Shown here: piece after piece, positions 26,781 to 36,003 of the stretch
How the letters are laid out: each line of letters begins with the position of its first letter
Position numbering within the stretch: the stretch's first letter is position 1
Assembly: GCA_033838465.1 (NCBI GenBank)
Contig: JAJLKZ010000005.1
Coordinates: 242,129-306,128 of the forward strand
Length of the DNA stretch: 64,000 bases
DNA from: Chromatiaceae bacterium
GTDB lineage: Bacteria; Pseudomonadota; Gammaproteobacteria; Enterobacterales; Alteromonadaceae
Direction of reading: 5' to 3'
Made by a program: the position numbers and the translations under genes
Notes under the pieces: model-generated
The model's database searches: none
What the model was told of the DNA's origin: nothing
The model's input: the letters and a program-made list of their open reading frames with translations, nothing else

Positions 26781-27365
26781 ATGCAAAGGACATTTAAAAG
26801 TTGCCTGCTAACCGTTGCCGTGGCTACAGCATTAGCCGGTTGTGCTTCAACAGGCAAAGCGGTTGATACTACGCCAAAAAATCCAACCATAGTGATGAAA
26901 GCGGACTACTATATTAATGGCTTGTACTTGCCTGAAGTTAACGGCAAACAAACGGTGCATACCCGCTCAGATCGGCGCCGAATCGATGAAAATACCAAAT
27001 TTAATAATATTTTAATGCGTTGGGCCAATAGCCACACTGGCCGGATTGCGCGTGTGGATACCAAGCTGAGCTATCAGCTGGATCATGATAAACGCCAGTA
27101 CAGCGAGTGCCCGTTAGCCGGTTGCAGCAGTTTTAGCTTTGCTGATTTGAAAGGCTCGTCTGAGGAAAGTGAAGAAGAGTACCAAAGCTATGAGTCGATG
27201 GGCTGTGATGTCACCCTGCTGAGCAATGACTTTAGCGTCGAAAAAACCGGTCAGCAGCGCACGATCAGTAATGTACAGGCTGAAGAGTACAAGGTGCAAT
27301 GGCAAGTGGTGATGCAGGACGACGTGGCGAAGAAAGACACTAATTTGGCGCAAATGACATTCTAG
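26781..27365 (+). CDS. lipoprotein, hypothetical (5' part of a reading frame interrupted by TAG)
   Basis: Lipobox LAGC. Ends at TAG 27363-27365, and the next ORF continues in the same frame. Confidence 0.55.
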   Translation: MQRTFKSCLLTVAVATALAGCASTGKAVDTTPKNPTIVMKADYYINGLYLPEVNGKQTVHTRSDRRRIDENTKFNNILMRWANSHTGRIARVDTKLSYQLDHDKRQYSECPLAGCSSFSFADLKGSSEESEEEYQSYESMGCDVTLLSNDFSVEKTGQQRTISNVQAEEYKVQWQVVMQDDVAKKDTNLAQMTF

Positions 27366-27386
27366 ACCACGACGCCACAGGCCGAG

Positions 27387-27863
27387 ATGCAACAAGCCTG
27401 GAAGGTACAGCGTGAGTTTCAGCAAGGCTATGCTGACAGTACAGCAGACAATCCATTTATGCGCTTATTAGGTAAAGAAGCATATATGGCTTTGGCGGCA
27501 GTGACTGGTGATATTGAAAATACCGATAAAGAGCAATACAACAGCTTTCTGACGGAGCTGGGCAAAATTAAAGGCTACCCGTTATCGATTAAGCTGGAGT
27601 GGTACCGGGATGCGCAGGCGTGTCAGACAAAGCGCAGCAAAAAAACGCAAAACAATGGCATAGATCTGACCGGTGGCTTGGGCGATGCCGCTAAGAGCAT
27701 GTTGTCTGGCTTTGTTAACCAACAAAAAGAGAAAATCTTAGACGAGTGGCGCAAAAAGCCGATGTTCCACTATTTGTACGACATCACCTATCTGAAGGAA
27801 GAGCTGGTGCATGATAGCGTATTTAGCCCGGCAGCGGACTACCAGCTAACCGACAGACAGTAA
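27387..27863 (+). CDS. hypothetical protein (3' part of the same frame)
   Basis: Same frame as 26781 (both coordinates are divisible by 3). Only 7 sense codons separate the TAG from this ATG, and there is no obvious SD. Confidence 0.45.
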   Translation: MQQAWKVQREFQQGYADSTADNPFMRLLGKEAYMALAAVTGDIENTDKEQYNSFLTELGKIKGYPLSIKLEWYRDAQACQTKRSKKTQNNGIDLTGGLGDAAKSMLSGFVNQQKEKILDEWRKKPMFHYLYDITYLKEELVHDSVFSPAADYQLTDRQ

Positions 27864-27892
27864 CGGCCATTCTTTACGCGCTGGCGGTAGCG

Positions 27893-28390
27893 TCAGCGCT
27901 TTTTCGGGATCCAGGCCCAGGTCATTTTAGCGTTAACCGGTTCAATACCGGCGCTGTCGGTAATGGTTACCGCGACGGTGACTTCGCCTTTGTCTTCATT
28001 ATGCATGGCGGCGATTTGCTCAGCCGTTAAGGTGGCCACAGCAGTTAAATCACCGCTGGAGCGCTTAATATAATCAATCTGCATTTGTTTTAGCAGCGGC
28101 AGCTTACTATCAGGCAGGTGAATGCCGAGTAAAAAACCAGTGGCCGACTCGGCCAGCAAGCCTGTAGCAGCAGCGTGTACCGACCCGATATGATTTTGTG
28201 CCTTCTTGCGGTTTTTCAGCCGCAATACGGCGCGCTGGCCTTTTAATTCCAGCACTTCAACACCAGCGGTACCGGCAAACTTAATTACCCGGCCAAATAC
28301 TGTGCTTAAGGCAAAAGCCTGCAAAAAGCGGGGAAGCTGATAGCATTTACTGACAATACGCTGCAGTTTATTTGGTTTTATCTGACTCAT
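27893..28390 (-). CDS. hotdog-fold thioesterase-like protein (DUF4442-like)
   Basis: About 165 aa. The IGSVHAAATGLLAESATG block is typical of PaaI/DUF4442 hotdog proteins. I prefer ATG 28390 (MSQIKPNK). Confidence 0.6.
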   Translation of the reverse strand: MSQIKPNKLQRIVSKCYQLPRFLQAFALSTVFGRVIKFAGTAGVEVLELKGQRAVLRLKNRKKAQNHIGSVHAAATGLLAESATGFLLGIHLPDSKLPLLKQMQIDYIKRSSGDLTAVATLTAEQIAAMHNEDKGEVTVAVTITDSAGIEPVNAKMTWAWIPKKR

Positions 28391-28462
28391 TGTGGTCTGA
28401 CCTGTTTGGGTTTTGTGCACTATGCCAAGTGCAGGAGGCAAAAGCAAGCTACAACAGCTGAA

Positions 28463-30295
28463 CTAAAGTGGCCAGGCGAGCAGCAGCAGTGGAATGGCCA
28501 GCAAGGTGATCAGCAGCTCCAGCGGCAGGCCCAGCTTCCAGTAATCGCCAAAGCGAAAGCCCCCGGGACCCAGAATGAGCGTGTTATTCTGATGCCCGAT
28601 GGGGGTAAGAAACGCGCAGGATGCACCAATCGCCACCGCCATTAAAAAGGTATCGGTATTAACCTGCAGCGCGGCAGCAGTACTTATCGCAATAGGGCAC
28701 ATCACTGCCGCTGTTGCGGCATTGTTCATTACATCGGATAGCAGCATGGTGATCAGCAAAATCAATACCAGCGCAATAATCGCACTGTCCTGTGCCAGGT
28801 TTTGCAGTACAAACACCGCAATCAGATCGGCAGCCCCGGTTGAGGCCATAGCGCCGGCAACTGGCAGCAGAGCGGCGAGTAACATAATGACTGGCCAGTC
28901 GATGGCTTGATAGACGCTGCTAACAGGCAGGGTTTGTAGCAACATCGAAACCAGCACCGCCAGGCTAAACGCCACTGCCGCCGGCAGCAAGCCTGTAGCC
29001 GAGCACACCACCGCACCTAACATAATAAGACCGGCCTGCCAGGCCTTTTTACGATTAGGGATGCGTAGCTCACGCTCAGCCAAAGGCACGCAGTTGTTGT
29101 CGGCGGCAAATTCAGCGATAGCCTCAGCCGGGCCTTGCAAAAGCAGTAAATCACCAGAGCGCAGTGCCACTTTGCGCAGTCGTTTAACCGATTGCTGGCC
29201 CTGGCGTGACAGTGCCAATAAATTTAGGCCATAACGGGTGCGCAGCATTAAATCACTGGCCGAGCGCCCACTCAGTGGTGAGCCGGGTAACACCACCAGC
29301 TCACCTAGCGTGATCTCGGCATTATTATCGTTGGGGTTATTGTCGTTAGCCGGGGTATCTTTAGCGTCGGTGTCCTGCGCGGCAACAGCGTTCTTGCTAT
29401 TGAGGTCAACCGCTTCTTCCAGCGTTAAATCGAATAAGGCTAACAGCTCGGTCAGGGCAGCGGCTTCTGCTTCAATCAGCAGAATATCATCGGCCAGTAC
29501 TTTGCGATGTGGGTTAGCGGCAATTAAGCGGATGTCTTTTCTGACTAGACCGATAATCTGCGCGTCTATTTCGGCGGCTTCGCGCTCAATCTGAAGGATA
29601 CTTTTACCCGCCACCTTGCTGTTGCTGTTTACCCGCACCTCGGTAATGTAAGCGCCGGATTCAAAGCCATCACCGTTCGGTGTTTTCCGTGCGGGCACCA
29701 GATAGCGGCCGAGCAGAGACACCAGCATGATGCCTGTCAGTGCCACCGGGATACCCACCAGGCTAAAATCAAACATACTAAAGCCGGCTGCGACACTGTC
29801 GCTGCGAAAGCCTGACACGATTAAATTCGGCGGGGTGCCGATAAGGGTTGTCATGCCGCCTAAAATGGTACCAAAGGCTAAGGGCATCAGTATCTGGCCC
29901 GCGCTGAGCTCGAGCCGTCTAGCCAGTTGTATTGCCACCGGCATCAGCAGCGCCATGGCGCCAACGTTATTCATAAAGGCGGATAGCGCCGCGCCCAGCG
30001 ACACCAGGACTAATATACTGATAGTGCGGCCGGCCTTGGCAGGCATTACCCGGCGGGTTAAGGCGTCTACCGCGCCGGTGCGTTGCAAGGCAGCACTGAG
30101 AATTAACACGCAAGCGACCGTTACCACCGCCGGGTGGGCTAAACCGGAAAAGGCCTGTTGTGGGGTGATAAGGCCACACAGCAGGGTAGCCATCAGCGCT
30201 ATGCCGGCAACCACATCATGGCGCCAGCGGCCGGATAAAAACAGTGCCACTGTCACGGCCAGAATAGCCAGAATAAAGCCTTGTTGTTGTGCCAT
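28463..30295 (-). CDS. SLC13/DASS-family permease with central TrkA-C (RCK_C) domains
   Basis: Two hydrophobic halves flank about 200 aa of soluble region with two RCK_C-like repeats (VRVNSNSKVAGKSI..., LVVLPGSPLSGRS...). Confidence 0.75.
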   Translation of the reverse strand: MAQQQGFILAILAVTVALFLSGRWRHDVVAGIALMATLLCGLITPQQAFSGLAHPAVVTVACVLILSAALQRTGAVDALTRRVMPAKAGRTISILVLVSLGAALSAFMNNVGAMALLMPVAIQLARRLELSAGQILMPLAFGTILGGMTTLIGTPPNLIVSGFRSDSVAAGFSMFDFSLVGIPVALTGIMLVSLLGRYLVPARKTPNGDGFESGAYITEVRVNSNSKVAGKSILQIEREAAEIDAQIIGLVRKDIRLIAANPHRKVLADDILLIEAEAAALTELLALFDLTLEEAVDLNSKNAVAAQDTDAKDTPANDNNPNDNNAEITLGELVVLPGSPLSGRSASDLMLRTRYGLNLLALSRQGQQSVKRLRKVALRSGDLLLLQGPAEAIAEFAADNNCVPLAERELRIPNRKKAWQAGLIMLGAVVCSATGLLPAAVAFSLAVLVSMLLQTLPVSSVYQAIDWPVIMLLAALLPVAGAMASTGAADLIAVFVLQNLAQDSAIIALVLILLITMLLSDVMNNAATAAVMCPIAISTAAALQVNTDTFLMAVAIGASCAFLTPIGHQNNTLILGPGGFRFGDYWKLGLPLELLITLLAIPLLLLAWPL

Positions 30296-30347
30296 CCAGT
30301 GCTCTCCTGTTAAAAGGGAGTTCGCCGGTTGAGTGGCGCTTTAGTGC

Positions 30348-31232
30348 TCAGTATATGCCGGATGACAGATAACGATCGCCGCGGTCGCAAATAATCGCCA
30401 CGATAACGGCATTCTCATGTTGTTCAGCCAGTTTAACGGCGGCATGCACGGCACCGCCTGAGCTGACACCGGCAAAAATGCCTTCTTCCCGCGCCAGACG
30501 GCGCATGGCGGTGAGCGCATCGTCCTGGGCAATATCAATGATCTGATCAACCCGGCTTTTATCGAAAAAGCCCGGTAAATAGGCCTCAGGCCAGCGGCGA
30601 ATGCCGGGGATACTGGCCCCTTCAGCCGGTTGCAGGCCGACAATCTGAATGGCGCTGTTTTGTTCTTTTAAATAGCGTGATACGCCCATAATGGTGCCGG
30701 TAGTGCCCATGCTGCTAACAAAATGGGTGATTTGCTGCTGACTTTGCTGCCAGATTTCTGGCCCGGTGCTGGCATAATGCGCTGCCGGGTTGTCCGGGTT
30801 GTTAAACTGATCCAGCACTATGCCTTTACCATCGGCCTGCATCTGCAAAGCGAGATCGCGGGCGCCTTCCATACCTTGTTCTTTAGTCACTAAAATCAGT
30901 TCAGCGCCATAAGCGCGCATGCCGCTTTTACGCTCTTCGGTGGCGTTATCCGGCATAATTAGCGTCATCTTGTAGCCTTTAATCGCCGCCGCCATCGCCA
31001 GCGCTATACCTGTATTGCCGCTGGTGGCTTCAATAATGCGATCGCCGGGTTTAATCGTACCGCGCTTCTCAGCCTGCACGATCATATTCAGCGCTGGCCT
31101 ATCTTTTACTGAGCCTGCCGGGTTATCGCCTTCCAGCTTAAGCAACACAGTGCTGTTGGTATGCGCTGCCATACGCTGCAGTTTCACTAAACGGGTATTA
31201 CCAATTTTACTGTCGATACTGGCAAAGGTCAT
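30348..31232 (-). CDS. cysM: cysteine synthase B
   Basis: Near-collinear with E. coli CysM as remembered (IGNT.LVKLQRM, KLEG.NPAGSVKDR, SGNTGIALAM, FVSSMGTTGTI, AIICDRGDRYLS). Confidence 0.9.
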   Translation of the reverse strand: MTFASIDSKIGNTRLVKLQRMAAHTNSTVLLKLEGDNPAGSVKDRPALNMIVQAEKRGTIKPGDRIIEATSGNTGIALAMAAAIKGYKMTLIMPDNATEERKSGMRAYGAELILVTKEQGMEGARDLALQMQADGKGIVLDQFNNPDNPAAHYASTGPEIWQQSQQQITHFVSSMGTTGTIMGVSRYLKEQNSAIQIVGLQPAEGASIPGIRRWPEAYLPGFFDKSRVDQIIDIAQDDALTAMRRLAREEGIFAGVSSGGAVHAAVKLAEQHENAVIVAIICDRGDRYLSSGIY

Positions 31233-31251
31233 AAGATCACCGATAGAGATA

Positions 31252-32001
31252 TTAGGCGTTACTTAAACGCATTAGGTTATCACAAATCACGGCTGCGGCG
31301 ATGCCGACATTCAGTGACTCTGCATCACCAAAGGCAGGTATAGTGATTTTCCGGTTAATTACCTGCTCCAGCTCAGAGCTGATGCCATTAGCTTCGTTAC
31401 CCAACACGATAAAGCCACCGTTAGCACTGAGTTTTAACTGATGCACCGACTCACCGCCCAAATAAGCGCCATACACCGGCAGGGTAGCCTTAGCCAGCAG
31501 CGGCCGCAGTGGTTGGTAATGCAGTTGTACGCGCAAAAAAGAGCCTTTAGCGGCGGCAATGACTTTGGGGTTGTAGCCGTCTGCGGTGTCGGGCGAGCAA
31601 ATAATATGCTTGATGCCATACCAGTCGGCAATGCGGATGATGGTACCCAGATTACCCGGGTCATTGATCTGATCCAGCACCAGCACAAAGCCGTGACTCG
31701 GTGGCACAAAATCGCTTGGTGCCGGCATTTTTACCACGGCCAATGCAGCGTCATTGCTGGAAAAAGTACCCACTTTTACCAGCTCGTCGGCACTGCAGGG
31801 CTGCACCAGTGCCGCGGCTTTTACTTGCTGCGGGTAGCGCTGTAAGAAGGTATCGGTGGCAAATACCGCCTCAACCTGCCAGCCGGACGCCAGCAGTTCC
31901 AGCACCGCCTTTTCGCCTTCGACAAAAAAAAGCTGCTCGGCTTTGCGGTACTTTTTCTGCTGTAAGGAGCGGACAAGCTTGCTCCATTTTTGGCTGATCA
32001 T
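31252..32001 (-). CDS. TrmH/SpoU-family RNA 2'-O-methyltransferase
   Basis: SpoU motifs (LDQINDPGNLGTIIR, LGNEANGIS, IPAFGDAESLNVGIAAAV). Confidence 0.8.
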   Translation of the reverse strand: MISQKWSKLVRSLQQKKYRKAEQLFFVEGEKAVLELLASGWQVEAVFATDTFLQRYPQQVKAAALVQPCSADELVKVGTFSSNDAALAVVKMPAPSDFVPPSHGFVLVLDQINDPGNLGTIIRIADWYGIKHIICSPDTADGYNPKVIAAAKGSFLRVQLHYQPLRPLLAKATLPVYGAYLGGESVHQLKLSANGGFIVLGNEANGISSELEQVINRKITIPAFGDAESLNVGIAAAVICDNLMRLSNA

Positions 32002-33647
32002 TTCGCAAATACCTGTTTGCCGTTAACAAAGGTTTGCTCAACTTCTACCCGCCATAGCTGCTCAGACGGAATCGTGTAAATATCGCGGTCGATAATAATA
32101 AAATCGGCCCAGCTGCCGGGGGCTAAAGTCCCCATGCTGTCATCCTGAAAGGCACCATAAGCGGCATCGACGGTAAAAGAGCGTAGTGCTTCAGTTAGGC
32201 TGAGCTTTTGTTCGGGCAGCCAGCCACCTACCGGCTGATTATCCTGGCTTTGGCGGGTGACTGAGGCATGAATACCGTGAAAGGCGTTGGCCAGTTCTAC
32301 CGGAAAGTCAGAGCCGCCGACAATAATGCTACCCTGATCAATAAAACTGCGCCAGGCGTAGGCACCGCGTAACCGTGCGACACCTAAGCGGTCGCCAGCC
32401 ATATTTTTATCCGAGGTGGCGTGCACGGCCTGCATCGCCGGCAGCACATGCAGTTTAGCAAAGCGCGGGATATCTTTCGGCGAGACAATTTGCGCATGTT
32501 CGATGCGGTGGCGGCTGGCAGCGCGTTGCTCTGCCGGCACCAGCTGCTCAAAGCGATCCAGCACCAGCCGGTTGGCTAAATCGCCAATCGCGTGCACATT
32601 GGTTTGAAAACCGGCGGCTATTGTCATTTGCATAATTTGTGTTAGCTGATCCGGCTGGGTGACCAATAAGCCTTTTTGGCCGGGCTGGTCGCTGTAAGGC
32701 TCAATTAACGCTGCGCCACGGCTACCCAGGGCGCCGTCACCGTAGATTTTTACTGAGCGGATATCTAAAAAATCCTCTGGGTCATCGATAATGCCGGCCT
32801 TGAGCCAGTCTGGCAGCTGTGGGTCGCGTGCCGACAGCATAGGGTAAATACGCATCGGTAGTTTTCGCTCAGCCGCCAGTTGCTGATACAGCTTGACAGT
32901 ATCGGTATCAACGCCGGCATCGTGCACACTGGTAATACCCAGTGCCAGCAGGTGGTCAAAAGCAGCGTTCAGCGCGCGCACTTTAGCGGCGTTATCTGGC
33001 GTGGGGATATGCTGCTCAACCAGCAGCATGGCATTATCAATTAACACGCCGGTGGGGTTGCCTTTGGCATCGCGCACTATCTCGCCGCCCGGTGGATCTA
33101 TGCTGTCTTTGGTTATACCGGCCAGCGCCAGAGCTTTACTGTTGGCCCATCCGGCGTGCGCGTCGATACGCTCTAAATAAACCGGTTTATTGCTAATGGC
33201 TTCATCCAGGCTGGCGCTGCTGGGAAAGCTATTGGTCGGCCACAGTACCTGGTTCCAGCCCCGGCCAACAATCCAGGGCGCGTCTTTGTTAGCGTTAGCA
33301 AATGCTGCTACGCGCGCTACCGCTTCTTGCTCACTTTGGCTGCCACGCAGTTCTACCTGCGCCAGGTTTTGCCCCAGCCCCAGCACATGGCCGTGGCCGT
33401 CAATTAAACCGGGTAACAGGGTTTTGCCCTGACCGCTAAGCTGCTTTGCATCGGGGTATTGTGCTAACAGGCTGTTATCACCCCGTGCCAGCACTTTGCC
33501 GCTTTCATCGTCAAACACCAGCACACTGAACTGCTGCAGCTGGCGATGGCTGTCAAAGCCATAACCCTTGATATCAGACACGACCACAGGAGCGGCAGTT
33601 AAGCTACAACTTAAGATGGCACTCGCCAGGCTGGCAACACGAAACAT
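31998..33647 (-). CDS. secreted amidohydrolase-family (Amidohydro_3 / YtcJ-like) metallohydrolase
   Basis: Signal peptide. GLIDGHGHV metal-binding motif, later HAIGD and HA..D motifs. ATGA overlap with the downstream trmH-like gene. Confidence 0.75.
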   Translation of the reverse strand: MFRVASLASAILSCSLTAAPVVVSDIKGYGFDSHRQLQQFSVLVFDDESGKVLARGDNSLLAQYPDAKQLSGQGKTLLPGLIDGHGHVLGLGQNLAQVELRGSQSEQEAVARVAAFANANKDAPWIVGRGWNQVLWPTNSFPSSASLDEAISNKPVYLERIDAHAGWANSKALALAGITKDSIDPPGGEIVRDAKGNPTGVLIDNAMLLVEQHIPTPDNAAKVRALNAAFDHLLALGITSVHDAGVDTDTVKLYQQLAAERKLPMRIYPMLSARDPQLPDWLKAGIIDDPEDFLDIRSVKIYGDGALGSRGAALIEPYSDQPGQKGLLVTQPDQLTQIMQMTIAAGFQTNVHAIGDLANRLVLDRFEQLVPAEQRAASRHRIEHAQIVSPKDIPRFAKLHVLPAMQAVHATSDKNMAGDRLGVARLRGAYAWRSFIDQGSIIVGGSDFPVELANAFHGIHASVTRQSQDNQPVGGWLPEQKLSLTEALRSFTVDAAYGAFQDDSMGTLAPGSWADFIIIDRDIYTIPSEQLWRVEVEQTFVNGKQVFAK

Positions 33648-33738
33648 AACGGTGGATCCCTGTTTGAATTTTGCTGAACTATAACAATAAACTGGCTAAC
33701 AACAAAACGGCGCCAGGGTAAGTGGCGCCGCTTCAAGG

Positions 33739-34776
33739 TTAGTTGGCTGTAGCCTGTTCGATACGCTCGCGCGTGTCGGGGTGGGTGCTAAGATACTTCA
33801 ACAGTGCGCTGTTTTGCTCGCCATCATCGCCATGGCTGGCAAGTAAGGCTGCCATGGCATCGGCAAAGGCCTGCGGCGATTTACCCAGCGCGGTCAGTTT
33901 AGCAATAGCAAACTGGTCGGCCTCGCGCTCCATATCGCGCGAAAAGGCATTTTGCAGCAGCACAGAGCCAGAGCCTAGCAACAAATCGGCCACGCCCTCC
34001 GGGTTGCCAAACACAATACCGATCACCAGTGTGGCACCCAGTGACTGGGCGATTAACCGCACGCTGTGCTGGCCTTCGACATGGCCAATTTCGTGCAGCA
34101 ATACCGCTAAAATGGCATCAGGTTGGTCTTGTAGCAGGCTGACCAGCTGATCGGTAATCACCACAGTACCATCGGGCAACGCAAAAGCATTGGCGCCGAA
34201 AAAGTCTGACTTAAACAAATGCAACTGATACTGACGTTGCTCCAATGACAGCTGGTTTAACGCCATTTGCCAGTGGTAGCGCACCATGGCTTGCTGCTCT
34301 GCGGGTAACTCAGTCGGTTCTAAGGTGGTTTTTTGCAAACTGTAAAAGGTTTGTCGCCCCATTTGCTGCTTCACACTGTCAGGTACCAGTGGTACGGCAG
34401 CGCTGGCCAGCATTGGCATTAAATCGACAATGATCCACCACAGCAGCAAAGGCGAGAGCAGCAGTGCCGCTACAATAGACAGTTTGTGGCTTTCCAGCCG
34501 CTCTGCCAGTGCGCTGCGTTTAGACAACCGCGGCCAGCGATAACGGTTATCGCTTGGCACAAAAACAGCACCGTCACGCAAACGCAGCTCTACCGCCAGG
34601 CCAGGCACGGCACTGCCAAAGCGGTAGTCGGCCGTGCCGGCCTGCGCCAGCAGCGTTTTGTTATCGCTGCTGCGGATAAGCAGCATGCCCTGCGGGCTAA
34701 GTTCAGCCTCGGCAGCATGTAGCGTGCTGCTGCCGGCAAACTGGAACTGGCCCTGAACAAAGGTTGTGTTATGCAT
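33739..34776 (-). CDS. M48-family zinc metallopeptidase, membrane-anchored
   Basis: HEIGH zinc motif and a downstream E (READQFA). One or two TM segments. TAATG overlap with the upstream DUF898 gene. Confidence 0.8.
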   Translation of the reverse strand: MHNTTFVQGQFQFAGSSTLHAAEAELSPQGMLLIRSSDNKTLLAQAGTADYRFGSAVPGLAVELRLRDGAVFVPSDNRYRWPRLSKRSALAERLESHKLSIVAALLLSPLLLWWIIVDLMPMLASAAVPLVPDSVKQQMGRQTFYSLQKTTLEPTELPAEQQAMVRYHWQMALNQLSLEQRQYQLHLFKSDFFGANAFALPDGTVVITDQLVSLLQDQPDAILAVLLHEIGHVEGQHSVRLIAQSLGATLVIGIVFGNPEGVADLLLGSGSVLLQNAFSRDMEREADQFAIAKLTALGKSPQAFADAMAALLASHGDDGEQNSALLKYLSTHPDTRERIEQATAN

Positions 34777-35861
34777 TATGCCAGTGACACATCGACGTCA
34801 AACAGGCCTGCGGCTTCCTCACCAAAGGCGTTGCTGTCTTGTTGCACTTCGTCAACCAGGCTGTCGATCGCCGGATAAACCGCAACGGTCGTCACACTGG
34901 CCAGATAGGCTGCTTTGCGGATCTTGGTCCAGGGGTAGGCCAGGCCCAAGGTGACAATAATGGCTAACAGGTTAGATAAGATCAGCCAGGCATACGGAAT
35001 AACCTGCATTTCTGACTTAAATTTGGCCACGCCCGGTAGTTCAGTGCGCTCAAACAGGTGGTTACGGATCATACTTTGGTAAATAGCACCGCTTAGTGCG
35101 AAACCAACGAAGTATAAAGCGAACATCACAACTGTGATCATTAATGCAACAGCGCCACGACCTGCTGTACTGTCAATGCTATCTCCAGCAGTCGCTGCAG
35201 CGATACCCCCGATAATCGCAGCGACGATACCAATAACAATCGCCAGACCCATAATGGCGGCAAAGGCAACCAGGGCGGCAATATAGTATGAGCTGGTGTC
35301 GGTATTCACTTGCAGCTTTTCACCACCAAAACTGATGTTGCTGCACAGATACTGGTCTATTTTTTTCAGTGCCCACGGCATGGCGAGATACAGTGTAAAG
35401 ACCGACAGCAGCGGCAAGAGCACAAAGTACTTTAATGCGCCCAGGTAGTTACCATGAAAGGCAAAGCGCACATTACGGTAACTGGTCATACGCATGTTAA
35501 ATTTCATGCTTTGAACAATCAGCCAGGGAGACAGCAGCATAAACGGCAGTGCCAGCAGTAAGGCGGCTTGTGGTGATAAAGAAGAAAGGGCGAAAAACAG
35601 CGCAAAGATAATAACGGCAATAATACGGCCTTTTAAAATTTGTAATGGACTGGCCAGATAACGAAACGGCTGGTGATCAATGCGGGTATGGCCATAAAAA
35701 TACTGATTTGTACGTACTTTGGCCCAGGCACTGTAGATGCCCAGCGTAACGATACTGAGCAGCAGGTTAACGATCCAGATACCAAAAAACTCACCGGCCT
35801 GACCGCTGAATGCGACCTTACCTACCCGGGGTTGCGCCGGGCTGGTTATATTATTCTCCAT
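34776..35861 (-). CDS. YjgN-family (DUF898) inner-membrane protein
   Basis: 361 aa. Repeated hydrophobic hairpins with the LGIYSAWAKV / LGLAYPWTKI motif duplicated, typical of DUF898. Confidence 0.65.
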   Translation of the reverse strand: MENNITSPAQPRVGKVAFSGQAGEFFGIWIVNLLLSIVTLGIYSAWAKVRTNQYFYGHTRIDHQPFRYLASPLQILKGRIIAVIIFALFFALSSLSPQAALLLALPFMLLSPWLIVQSMKFNMRMTSYRNVRFAFHGNYLGALKYFVLLPLLSVFTLYLAMPWALKKIDQYLCSNISFGGEKLQVNTDTSSYYIAALVAFAAIMGLAIVIGIVAAIIGGIAAATAGDSIDSTAGRGAVALMITVVMFALYFVGFALSGAIYQSMIRNHLFERTELPGVAKFKSEMQVIPYAWLILSNLLAIIVTLGLAYPWTKIRKAAYLASVTTVAVYPAIDSLVDEVQQDSNAFGEEAAGLFDVDVSLA

Positions 35862-36003
35862 AGTACAGCTTCCTTATTGTTATGTTGATGTAAAAACAAA
35901 GGCAGGATTATAACGATAAAATCGCTATAAAGCGCAATGAATATTTATTAAAACGTTAAAAGAAGTAGCGTTGAATATTCAATGCCACTGTATAAACGCT
36001 CGC

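Noticed and set aside
29322-29347. Short imperfect tandem repeat (TTATTATCGTT / TTATTGTCGTT) encoding NDNNPNDNN in the SLC13 permease linker
   Set aside because: It is a low-complexity Asn/Asp linker between the RCK_C region and the second membrane half. It has only two units and gives no indication of phase-variable function.
29727-30332. 201-aa plus-strand ORF opposite the SLC13 permease (also 29238-29594 and 28599-28910)
   Set aside because: Shadow ORFs antisense to a continuous 610-aa transporter gene.
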